A DNA stretch of 64,000 nt, taken from contig JAXGQE010000007.1 of NCBI GenBank assembly GCA_040766585.1, positions 69,325-133,324 of the forward strand, read 5' to 3'. Shown piece after piece: positions 51,772 to 60,555 of the stretch; the stretch's first letter is position 1; every line of letters starts with the position of its first letter. Origin of the DNA: Candidatus Sumerlaeota bacterium (GTDB lineage Bacteria; Bacillota; SLNR01). Under the pieces are notes generated by a model. It was not told the DNA's origin. It did not search any database and saw only the letters and a list, made by a program, of their open reading frames with translations. The position numbers and the translations under genes were made by a program.

Positions 51772-52386
51772 TCATGGGCTCTTTTTATTCGGTATTGTTT
51801 GATCCAAAAAATGGGCGACGTCTTCATGGGACGCCCAGCGGTCGTGGTACACGATGACGCCATCCGGACCGATGATATAGACCATATTGGGACATCCACC
51901 GTAACTCATGTAAAAATCGTTATCCATGGTGTCCAACACCGTTTTTCGCTGAATGCCGCAGTCCTTCACCGTATCACCAGCCAGTTTCATCCGCTGGTGG
52001 TAGGTTTGGGGCTGGACAATATCTTCATACCCTCTCTCGCCCGGATGAGGTTCAAGAATATAGACCAACAAAAATTCTACACCGCGCTTTTTGTATTCCC
52101 GGGCCAATTCTTCCATGGGAGGCACCTGCCTCCGAAACGGGTCTCAAGTAAATGACCCTACTTCCACCACGAGATATTTCCCGGCGTAGTCGGCCAGGGA
52201 CACTGATTCACCATCCAGGGTTTTCAGTGAAAAATCTGGCGCCCGTGTACCCGGAGGCATGTAGCATTCAAAATCTTTGTAGTGCCGGCCGTCATCACCG
52301 CGGCGGATGTTCTCTTCTTCTTGCATAATACGGGCTATTTCAATCATCTCTTCGGGAAAGCCGGGAGGAAACTCATGCACTTTCAT
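51772..52386 (-). CDS. Iodothyronine-deiodinase-like thioredoxin-fold selenoprotein (U81, SxxU), 204 aa
   Basis: ORFs 52144-52386 and 51772-52125 join in frame through TGA 52144-52146, giving APDFSL...VVEVGSFT-U-DPF...FLLVYILEPHP...YGGCPNMVYII. Confidence 0.88.
52118..52133 (-). promoter_or_regulatory. Putative bacterial SECIS element
   Basis: GGAGGC-AGGT-GCCTCC hairpin starting 11 nt after UGA; loop contains GG. Confidence 0.7.
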
Positions 52387-52557
52387 CCGATCACCTCACA
52401 TTGTATTTCACCATTCATTCGTGAAAAAGGGATAGAACCCTTTGTCACGATTTTCCACAAACTCAAGCGAAAAGCCATTCAGAGAAAATGCCGGACAAAA
52501 CCCGCCATCTTTCAAAATGGCTCATGTGCGACCATCCATGGTCGAAAAAAACTGTCG

Positions 52558-53853
52558 CTACTTTCCGACTAGCCGCCGACTGATTCGGTTTACCTCATAC
52601 AGGACCTTTTCGGCATCCAAAGTCCGGTATTCCCCATCCTCATACAGGATTTTCCCAGCCACCATGGTCATAACCACTTCATACCCCGTGGCCGAATATG
52701 CCAGGGCAGACACCAAGTTATGCAGCGGTTGGAATTGAGGTTGATCCAAATCCAGCAAGACCAGATCCGCCTGCATCCCGACCCGGATGGCTCCGATCTT
52801 CTGGGATAGTCCCAGCGCGTTTGCCCCGTTGATTGTGGCAAAGGACAGCGCCAACGATGCAGGGATGCTGGTGGCTGACTCTTGGTTCCCTTTGTGGATC
52901 AGCACCACACTCTGCAGATCTTTGAACAGGTTCTGGGTGTTGTTGCTGGCTGCACTATCTGTGCCCAAACATATTGGAATGCCGCGGTCCAGCATTTTTT
53001 CCAAAGGTGCAAACCCATTGGCCAGTTTCATGTTGCTAACTGGATTGGTTACAATGTGCACTTTCCGTTCTGCCAGAATATCCAGATCCGCATCGGTCAG
53101 ATAGACACCGTGGGCGGCCAGAGTCCGCTCGGTCAAGAATCCCACTCGATCCAGGTATTCCACCGGCGTGCACCCATAATGGGCCCGGATGGTATCGATT
53201 TCACTGCGGCTTTCAGCCAGATGAACACAAAGCCCCACATCCCGTATTTGCGCCACATCCACCACTTTTTTCAAATACACCGGATCGCAGGTGTAGGGGG
53301 CATGGGCAGACAGCATGAAGTGGATGCGGGGATGATTGAGAAATTCGGGACTGTCCATTTCAGAAAGCGCATCTGTCAGCCTGCGGGTACCCCCTTCATC
53401 ATCCCCCTCGCCCACCAATCCTCGGGAGAGGCATGCCCGCATCCCCGTTTCATGAACCGCTCGAGAGGTTTCATGGATAAACATGTACATGTCAAAGAAA
53501 CAGGTTGTTCCTGTGCGAATCATTTCCATGATGGAAAGCATGGATCCCCAGTAGCAGTCGTCTCCAGTCAGACGATCCTCCAAAGGCAATATACGATCAA
53601 AAAGCCAGGTCTGGAAGGGCAGATCATCGGCGTAATTGCGAAACAGCGTCATATAGCTGTGGTTGTGGGCATTGACCAACCCCGGTATAAGAAGTTTTCT
53701 GCGTCCATCCAAGACCCGATCCGGTGTGAAATCGTCCGGTGGGGGACCGATGTGAACGATTCTGTCGCCAGACACCGCCACCGAAGATTCTTTTACCTCC
53801 CAGGTGTTCCCGGATTCCAAAAGCACCTGCACATTCGAAATCAATAGATTCAT
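52558..53853 (-). CDS. Amidohydrolase, MtaD/SAH-MTA deaminase-like
   Basis: PGLVNAHNH, HAPYTC, HLAES, AHGV, HIVTNPVSNMKL, LGTDSAASNN. Confidence 0.9.
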   Translation of the reverse strand: MNLLISNVQVLLESGNTWEVKESSVAVSGDRIVHIGPPPDDFTPDRVLDGRRKLLIPGLVNAHNHSYMTLFRNYADDLPFQTWLFDRILPLEDRLTGDDCYWGSMLSIMEMIRTGTTCFFDMYMFIHETSRAVHETGMRACLSRGLVGEGDDEGGTRRLTDALSEMDSPEFLNHPRIHFMLSAHAPYTCDPVYLKKVVDVAQIRDVGLCVHLAESRSEIDTIRAHYGCTPVEYLDRVGFLTERTLAAHGVYLTDADLDILAERKVHIVTNPVSNMKLANGFAPLEKMLDRGIPICLGTDSAASNNTQNLFKDLQSVVLIHKGNQESATSIPASLALSFATINGANALGLSQKIGAIRVGMQADLVLLDLDQPQFQPLHNLVSALAYSATGYEVVMTMVAGKILYEDGEYRTLDAEKVLYEVNRISRRLVGK

Positions 53854-53893
53854 ATCATACCCCTCCCCATACAGCCCATAAGAGGACATTGGC

Positions 53894-54412
53894 CTACTCT
53901 TCTGATCCATTCTGATCAGCCTGCTTCGTGGCTTGCGGTTTCTCCCCATCCGCATTCAGTGGAAAGACTTTATGCTGATAGTCTTTCACAAAAAAGCGCT
54001 TCCCCCTCTGAACAATCGTGTGGCCTTCCGCTTCCAGCCGTCTCCGCTGTCCGTCAATCCCTTCCGGGTACTTCTCATTGAGTTCCCCGTCTTTTTTCAA
54101 TGTCCGCCAATAGGGGGTTTCATCGGCATTTCGTTCTGCCGATGCCCGCGCTGCTATACTAATAAACAATCCGGCCGTTAACGGGCAAGTACTGTCTGCA
54201 CCGTACATCACCGCCAGATGGTAACGCAGCCTATCCGATGGAAGCACATACCCGAAAGGAATTGTCCGCATGATCCGGTCGTACGCCATGGGGGGTGCAA
54301 TAAGAAGCCGCGTACTCCCGTGGGTATGGTTGGATTTCGGGTCAGAGATCTCAACGATCTTGGGCAGATCTCTGCTGTCATGCAGTTTATCATTGAATGA
54401 TTTTTTCCCCAT
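53894..54412 (-). CDS. MGMT/alkyltransferase-like DNA-binding protein
   Basis: CPLTAG...PYWRTLKKDGELNEKYP...LEAEGH; lacks the PCHR motif. Confidence 0.65.
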   Translation of the reverse strand: MGKKSFNDKLHDSRDLPKIVEISDPKSNHTHGSTRLLIAPPMAYDRIMRTIPFGYVLPSDRLRYHLAVMYGADSTCPLTAGLFISIAARASAERNADETPYWRTLKKDGELNEKYPEGIDGQRRRLEAEGHTIVQRGKRFFVKDYQHKVFPLNADGEKPQATKQADQNGSEE

Positions 54413-54423
54413 AGTATCGCCCC

Positions 54424-55044
54424 TCAATCGATGGTTGGTCCAAGCGCCTCATGGATCCTTTCTGCGATCCACTGGTGACCGCTGGCATTGGGATGAAGAC
54501 CATCGCTGAGCTTTTCGGTCACCCATGCAAAATCGGTTCGGCACATGGAATACAGATCCACAAAAGGGATCCTGAATTCTGTGCAGATGTCCTGCAAAGC
54601 CGCATGATACTGTTCGATTCGCCGGTTGGTATATCGGTATGCATCGCAATAGTTCAGTGTCTTCGTCTCATCCACTGCAGTCAGCCCCACAACACCCAAT
54701 GAAAAGCGGTGGGATCGAGCTTTGGTGAAAATGGTTCGGATATTGGTCTGATAAGCGGCAATAGACACATTCTCTTGACCGTTTTTCAAGAGAACGGCCG
54801 AATCATTGATCCCGCAGGCCAGAATCAACCAGATGGCCGTAGGCAGGGGGGTGTTTTTTCGAATGAATGTCCGCATCTTGGTCAGACACTGTTTGGATGT
54901 AGCTCCCGGGCGTGACAGGTTCACGATGGCTCCTTGGGATAACGACTCGGCTCGATTTTCGAGCCAGTGCGTTACCCAGCCGCCCCGGGGGTCGTCCAAC
55001 CCGTAGGCAATGCTGTCACCCAGGATGACCATCATCGCAATCAT
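54424..55044 (-). CDS. SGNH/GDSL hydrolase
   Basis: GDSIAYG, GIND, DGLHPNASGH. Confidence 0.9.
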   Translation of the reverse strand: MIAMMVILGDSIAYGLDDPRGGWVTHWLENRAESLSQGAIVNLSRPGATSKQCLTKMRTFIRKNTPLPTAIWLILACGINDSAVLLKNGQENVSIAAYQTNIRTIFTKARSHRFSLGVVGLTAVDETKTLNYCDAYRYTNRRIEQYHAALQDICTEFRIPFVDLYSMCRTDFAWVTEKLSDGLHPNASGHQWIAERIHEALGPTID

Positions 55045-55612
55045 CCTCCCTGTTGGAATCGATGGTGAGAATCCACTTGCACGAATCAGCTCCGGCCAGC
55101 AAAGATTGCTTCAATGAAATATCCCGCACATCGAAGACGGAGCAAAAGAATTCACTGAAATGACCGGCACTGCATTCGCAAAAAAGGGTGCTGTCCGTCG
55201 GGTACCGAGCGTTGCCCGCCAATCCGCAGATGCAGCGGGTGCGGTCAATCTCAATGGTACGGCTTTTCGGGGAATACGAGAACACAGTGTGGTAGGCCCT
55301 TTCTTGGTGGTTTAGCCGTGTAAAAAAATCATTCAAATCCTTAGACTCCGCCCAGATGTCTTGGACAAATCCAATCCAGGATTTTCCGCAGCACTGCTGT
55401 CCGCAGCGGTGCATCACTGCCTTTGTTGGCTCAGACCCCAAATGGGTTTCCATTCTTTTGACCACTCGAAACACATATTGTGTTTTCTCTTTCGGACTCA
55501 TCTGAGAAAAGGTCCATGACTCGGGCATGATATCCGCCAGTTTGTCTGCCTGGCCCATAGCTCGGATATTTTTGGTAATGCGGCCGAATCGACCGGATTC
55601 ATGATACTTCAT
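55016..55612 (-). CDS. Cys-rich hypothetical protein (DUF6144/V4R-like)
   Basis: RCGQQCC, CIC, FCECSAG, GADSC; SD AGGAGG. Confidence 0.65.
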   Translation of the reverse strand: MKYHESGRFGRITKNIRAMGQADKLADIMPESWTFSQMSPKEKTQYVFRVVKRMETHLGSEPTKAVMHRCGQQCCGKSWIGFVQDIWAESKDLNDFFTRLNHQERAYHTVFSYSPKSRTIEIDRTRCICGLAGNARYPTDSTLFCECSAGHFSEFFCSVFDVRDISLKQSLLAGADSCKWILTIDSNREDDCDDGHPG

Positions 55613-55726
55613 AGCTTCCTCCTTTTGATTTTGTCTACATACCATGCTTTGACTGACCGGATCTCTATGAAGCATATTGAATGGTTATTTCTTTTCCACT
55701 GCCCCATCCCCTTTTTTATAGCCGTG

Positions 55727-55762
55727 AAAAAAAAAGATCTTCGCACCATACATGGAAGATCC
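55727..55762 (-). terminator. Terminator after PadR-DUF2812 pair
   Basis: GATCTTC...GAAGATC followed by a T-run of at least 8 on -. Confidence 0.55.
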
Positions 55763-55877
55763 TTTGGCTTCGGATATATTACCGCTTGTTGGTTGGAATC
55801 GGCTGTTTGGATGTCTATACCATCCATCTGTCCCCAGCATAAATCCCCCAGAATGGGCGATCGTTCTTTCTCCCCAT

Positions 55878-56408
55878 CTACTCCACAATGCTTCGGCGAT
55901 TTTTCATGTACAAAGATACTAAGATCATAACCCCAGATAGATGAATCAAAGTCAGCGCGATAAAGAGAATGCGAAATGAAAAGAGGGGACTTTCTACCGA
56001 CATCTTGGGCATGAGAAAGAGCGTTTGGTAATACAGCGGGAAACCGGTCAGAGCCAGAAACGCCAGCAGACGGCGGTATATATTCCCCCGGGACTGCTGA
56101 TCATTGAATAGAGACTGATCCATCCCTTCCTGACGAGGCTGCCGGAAATAGTACCATCCGCCTACTTTGGACACCAGTTCCCATCCAGCATCCTGGTAAA
56201 GCTGCAGGTACTCCTCTTCGGACATTTTTCTTCCCAATCCGGGGAAATCCATCTGCACAACATATTTTGGATCATCCTGCTCTTCGAAAAGGTATTCTCC
56301 CAGTCTCACTTGAACCAGTTGGTACCCTTGGTCCGCCATGGAGTCCAAAAACGCTTTCTCCTGATCCTGCTGCCACACCCAGAACCATTTTCGCACTCGT
56401 TTATTCAT
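55878..56408 (-). CDS. DUF2812-like membrane protein
   Basis: FLDSMADQGYQL, YLQLYQDAGWELV, WYYFR; 2 C-terminal TM; overlaps padR. Confidence 0.85.
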   Translation of the reverse strand: MNKRVRKWFWVWQQDQEKAFLDSMADQGYQLVQVRLGEYLFEEQDDPKYVVQMDFPGLGRKMSEEEYLQLYQDAGWELVSKVGGWYYFRQPRQEGMDQSLFNDQQSRGNIYRRLLAFLALTGFPLYYQTLFLMPKMSVESPLFSFRILFIALTLIHLSGVMILVSLYMKNRRSIVE

Positions 56409-56736
56409 CTTTCTCCCCCATTTCCATCAATCCTTGAGCCACCATCTCCTGCAGCCGTTGGATTTCGTAGCCAATCAACGCCCGACCCAAGTCCGTCATT
56501 TTGTATATTTTCCGCCGCTTGTTCTCTTCATCTTCTCCCAGGGCAGCAATCAGTTTGTTATCCAACAGCGTACTCAGGGCGCCGTATAAAGTACCCGCTG
56601 CCAGCTTCACCCGTCCGGCACTCATGTCATCAACTTTTTTGATAATTCCATACCCGTGCAGCGGTGTATTCAAAGAAAGAAGTATGTAGTAGGTCGCCTC
56701 TGTCAGGGGCGACCATTTTTCAATCTTGCTTTTCAT
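56401..56736 (-). CDS. PadR-family transcriptional regulator
   Basis: LTEATYYILLSL, HGYGI, GTLYGAL, RRKIYKMTDLG. Confidence 0.92.
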   Translation of the reverse strand: MKSKIEKWSPLTEATYYILLSLNTPLHGYGIIKKVDDMSAGRVKLAAGTLYGALSTLLDNKLIAALGEDEENKRRKIYKMTDLGRALIGYEIQRLQEMVAQGLMEMGEKDE

Positions 56737-57192
56737 GCTGCCCCTCCTTCCGGATTCCAGTGTGTCGTGCTTCTTTATATCGCTTCTCTATATATCGTCT
56801 CTCTATATATTAACCTTGATTCATCCCATTGTCAAGTATCTGTACAAAAAAAATCGGATTAATAATCCGATTGGAAATACAATGGGAAGAACTATTTGTT
56901 ATTTTCTCGTCACCAATTCTGTGTCAGATAATCCCACTCGCCTACCCCTTGATTCTATGATGATGAGTGATGCCTATCCGATTTTTTTCTTCGGAAGGAG
57001 CCTCCTGCCCCCCACGAGCAGGATCCCTCTTTCAACCCCCTCGAAATGGATTGAGGTCCTTTCCTGTGAGCATTCATTCTCAGCAATCAGCCCTGTATTC
57101 CCTGTCTTATTTTGAATATACTCTCGGACACAGCCCTTTTCTATCATTTCCATTTAAAGGTAATATTCCAACTGCTTGCCAATGATAGTAAG

Positions 57193-57219
57193 AAAAAAGC
57201 CCGACCGCAGTCGGACTTT
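57193..57219 (-). terminator. Terminator after ABC permease
   Basis: AAAGTCCGAC-TGCG-GTCGGGCTTT-TTT on -. Confidence 0.7.
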
Positions 57220-57220
57220 C

Positions 57221-59800
57221 CTATTCATGCTGAATGGCTTTCAAAACAGGAATCCGGGCAGCACGTACGGCGGGAATCAGAGCCGCCAGCTGGGACATGC
57301 CCAATGCCACTGCCACCGCTAGCCAAATGGCCCGGGTCGGCAGGACAAATTCAAGGGAATATCCGGACATGGCACCCATGGCCTGGATGAAGATCCAGGT
57401 AAGAGCCGCCCCGAATCCCAAACCCAGCAATCCTCCGATCACGCCCAAAAGTCCGGATTCGGCCAGAATCATGCCCACCATCTGCAGTCGGGTCATACCG
57501 ATGCTGCGAAGCATTCCGATTTCCCGGGTCCGTTCCAAAACACTCATGGACAGAGTATTGACAATACCCAGAGCCGCCACCAGAACCGCCATGATACCCA
57601 GCACGTCAAACATACTGAACGCCTGCCCCATCAGGGAAAGAGCTCGCTCTTTGATGGCTTCGTTGGATTCCACGATGAGCTGGTATTCGTCCCCCAGATC
57701 GTCCATCACCCGGTCCACGGTATCCTGGACCGAGGCCCCCTCTTCCACCTGCAGCAAAAAGGTGGTCACTTCCGTATCATCAAAATAGGTTTCCAGATCG
57801 CTGCGCGTGCCGGTCATCACCAGACCCTGGTTGAAAAAGTCCAGAACCACACCCGCCACCGTCATTTCTTGATTCCCTTCCCGGGTTTTCAGTATCAGGG
57901 TATCCCCCGATGACAGGCCATATTTTTCAGCAATGACACCGGAAATAAACACCGCTTTCCCTTCCTTCAGCCGGGCAACCGCTTCATCAGCATCCTCACT
58001 GGGATCATTGAAGACAAAACGGGTGACTTGGGTGTACACATCCGGGTCCACCGCCATTATGGTAATCTTCTCTTCCGTATCCTCGTCCGGTAGCCAGGTA
58101 ATCTCCAGGTAGCGAATCGCCGCGGCGGTTTCCACCCCGTCAATGGCTTCCAGATCGTCCCGCAGGTCGCCCGATAAGGGTACCGGAGCTCCCACAAACG
58201 CGTCGCCGCCAATGTAGGCGTCCATCCACTGGAAAAGATCTTGGGTAAAGGAGGCTGTCATACCCTGGATCACCACAATCATGGCCACGCCCACCAATAA
58301 CGCCGCACAAGTCATCATGGTGCGGGTTTTGGCTCGCTGCAGGTTCCGGGTACCCATTTCCCCCAACGGGCCGAATACCAACCGAAAGAGCCAACCGGTC
58401 AGAAATTGCCAGATAGCTACGGTAGCCGGAATCAGCAATGCCGCGCCGATAAACAGAGCAAACACCGTCAGGCTGCCCAGTCGAAACTGGACATCATACG
58501 GAAACGGGTTCTGGATTAAGATATAGCCGGATATACCCAATAGAATTATCCCCAGGATCCATCCGAAGCGGACCAGAAAGCCCTGATCCGATCGTCCTCG
58601 AATTCGCAAGGCTTCCAATGGGGAAATCCGCCCGGCACCGAAGGCCGGGATAAATGCAGCCGCCAGGGTTACACTGACCCCCAGGGCGATGCTCATCAGA
58701 AGGACATCCATGAGAATCTCGCCGGAATCCAGGGGTTGCCCCACCACCTGGGCCATAACATCCACCAGGACCCGGGAAAGTCCGACTCCGGCCGCCGCTC
58801 CCAGAATCGAACCGATAATTCCCAAAAGGAGGCCTTCCAGAAGGACCTGTCCCATCAGCTGACTGCGCACCATGCCCACCGCCCGCAATAGACCCATCTC
58901 CCGGGTCCTTTCGGCCACGGTCATGGAAAAGGCATTGTAAATCAAAAAGATGCCCACAAACAAGGCTATACCGGCCAGAAAATTCAAGCCGATCTGATAA
59001 CCGCTGAGCATTTGTGCCATGCGTTCTCCCTGGCGGGCTGGGTACTGGACCGCCAAATCTTCACCGACAGCGGCTGCCAGCTCGTCTTTGACCAGCGCCA
59101 GATCATCGGCATTTTGATATTCGTCCGCCGCCACCACATCCACCCGGTCCAGTTCACCCTCCCGGTCCGAAAGACGCTGGGCATCAACGAGCCGCAGAAC
59201 ACCGAAGCGTCCGTTGTTGGTGAGCCCCGCCCCTTCCCGGGAAAGCAGACCCACCACGCGGAATTCCTCCAGCCCGTTTCCCAGAATCATCTCAATATCA
59301 TCACCGACTTCGATCTCGTGATCGGCGGCATAGGTTTCCACCAGGACGATACCGGTCAAATCCGCATCAACGGATGGGAAAAACGCGCCTTCTGTCATGG
59401 TATAGTCACGGACCTGCCGGTCGATCACCGGATCCACCCCATACAAAACCAGGCCCCCTGAACCGGGACCAAAGAAGCTGATATCAATCTCATCCTGCAC
59501 GTCCTCCGGCAGCACCGCAGCCAAGGTCAGCACGGGTGCTGCGGTTTGGACTCCCTCCACACCACGAATCGTCTCCAGCACATCCTCCGGGATACCGCCC
59601 ACATCCGAAGCATCCCGCACTTCCAGGTTCACCTGTCCGGATGTACCGGCAAACAGCTGGGTGATGGACCGGTAGGCATTTTGGTTTGTGGCCGTGATGG
59701 CGTACATGCTGGCCACTCCCAGTACTATGGCACCGATGGTCAGCACCGTGCGCAGACGCCGGGATGCCATGGAACGCAACGCGATCATCCGGTTCAGCAT
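57221..59800 (-). CDS. FtsX/MacB-type ABC exporter permease (duplicated form)
   Basis: RTVLTIGAIVLGVA, twice ERTRE(M/I)G(L/M)LR, two periplasmic-type loops. Confidence 0.92.
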   Translation of the reverse strand: MLNRMIALRSMASRRLRTVLTIGAIVLGVASMYAITATNQNAYRSITQLFAGTSGQVNLEVRDASDVGGIPEDVLETIRGVEGVQTAAPVLTLAAVLPEDVQDEIDISFFGPGSGGLVLYGVDPVIDRQVRDYTMTEGAFFPSVDADLTGIVLVETYAADHEIEVGDDIEMILGNGLEEFRVVGLLSREGAGLTNNGRFGVLRLVDAQRLSDREGELDRVDVVAADEYQNADDLALVKDELAAAVGEDLAVQYPARQGERMAQMLSGYQIGLNFLAGIALFVGIFLIYNAFSMTVAERTREMGLLRAVGMVRSQLMGQVLLEGLLLGIIGSILGAAAGVGLSRVLVDVMAQVVGQPLDSGEILMDVLLMSIALGVSVTLAAAFIPAFGAGRISPLEALRIRGRSDQGFLVRFGWILGIILLGISGYILIQNPFPYDVQFRLGSLTVFALFIGAALLIPATVAIWQFLTGWLFRLVFGPLGEMGTRNLQRAKTRTMMTCAALLVGVAMIVVIQGMTASFTQDLFQWMDAYIGGDAFVGAPVPLSGDLRDDLEAIDGVETAAAIRYLEITWLPDEDTEEKITIMAVDPDVYTQVTRFVFNDPSEDADEAVARLKEGKAVFISGVIAEKYGLSSGDTLILKTREGNQEMTVAGVVLDFFNQGLVMTGTRSDLETYFDDTEVTTFLLQVEEGASVQDTVDRVMDDLGDEYQLIVESNEAIKERALSLMGQAFSMFDVLGIMAVLVAALGIVNTLSMSVLERTREIGMLRSIGMTRLQMVGMILAESGLLGVIGGLLGLGFGAALTWIFIQAMGAMSGYSLEFVLPTRAIWLAVAVALGMSQLAALIPAVRAARIPVLKAIQHE

Positions 59801-60555
59801 GATGCTACCTCCAGTTTTTCCAGAATGCTCAATATATCTTTCACCCGCTGGGCCTGGCCAGTATCTTGGGCCAGGATACTCTCTTCCACGACCTGACCGT
59901 CCCGCAGAAACACCACCCGATCGGCATAGGAAGCCGCCCGGGGATCGTGGGTAACCATGACAATGGCCTGTTGAAACTCATGGGCCGCCGCCTGCAGCAG
60001 TTCCATAATGGTACTGCCGGTTTTGGTGTCCAGATTGCCGGTGGGTTCATCCGCCAGAATGATGGCGGATTCTGTGATCAGAGCCCGAGCCAGGGCCACC
60101 CGCTGCTGTTCACCGCCGGACAGCTGATCCGGCCGGTGCTGCCGTCGGTCCGTAAGTCCCACTCGCTGCAGGATTCGATCCAACCGTTCTTGGTATGCTT
60201 TGGCTTTTTTCCCGTCAATGAGAATGGGCAGGAGAATATTCTCTTCTGCAGTCAGTGTGGGAATCAGATTGAAAAATTGAAACACAAATCCCACATTTCG
60301 GCGGCGGATCAATGTGGCTGCCGTATCCGGAAGCCGGGAGATTTCCTGATTCCCCAGAGAAATCTGTCCCGCCGTCGGACGGTCCAGTCCCCCCAGTAGA
60401 TGCTGCAATGTGGACTTGCCGCTGCCGGAAGGTCCCATAATGGCGATGAATTCACCCCGTTCCAGATTCAGACTGACTCCGTTCAGTGCTTTGACGGTGT
60501 GACGGCCGGTGATGTATTCTTTGGTCAGATCACGGGCTTTCAAAATGGTCTCCAT
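59794..60555 (-). CDS. ABC transporter ATPase (LolD/MacB-like)
   Basis: [34 protein letters not shown]. Confidence 0.95.
   Translation of the reverse strand: METILKARDLTKEYITGRHTVKALNGVSLNLERGEFIAIMGPSGSGKSTLQHLLGGLDRPTAGQISLGNQEISRLPDTAATLIRRRNVGFVFQFFNLIPTLTAEENILLPILIDGKKAKAYQERLDRILQRVGLTDRRQHRPDQLSGGEQQRVALARALITESAIILADEPTGNLDTKTGSTIMELLQAAAHEFQQAIVMVTHDPRAASYADRVVFLRDGQVVEESILAQDTGQAQRVKDILSILEKLEVASC

Noticed and set aside
51772-51774. Terminal TGA of the deiodinase-like gene as a second Sec fusing both selenoproteins
   Set aside because: The next gene is out of frame (25 nt gap), has its own SD, and no hairpin follows this TGA.
52882-53847. Long + strand ORFs (also 35082-35774, 36547-37377, 47494-48450 and many shorter ones)
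   Set aside because: They are antisense shadows of well-supported - strand genes, with no motifs or RBS.
55685-55888. 67-aa ORF between the DUF2812-like and Cys-rich genes
   Set aside because: It runs through a terminator-like hairpin and has no recognisable features.
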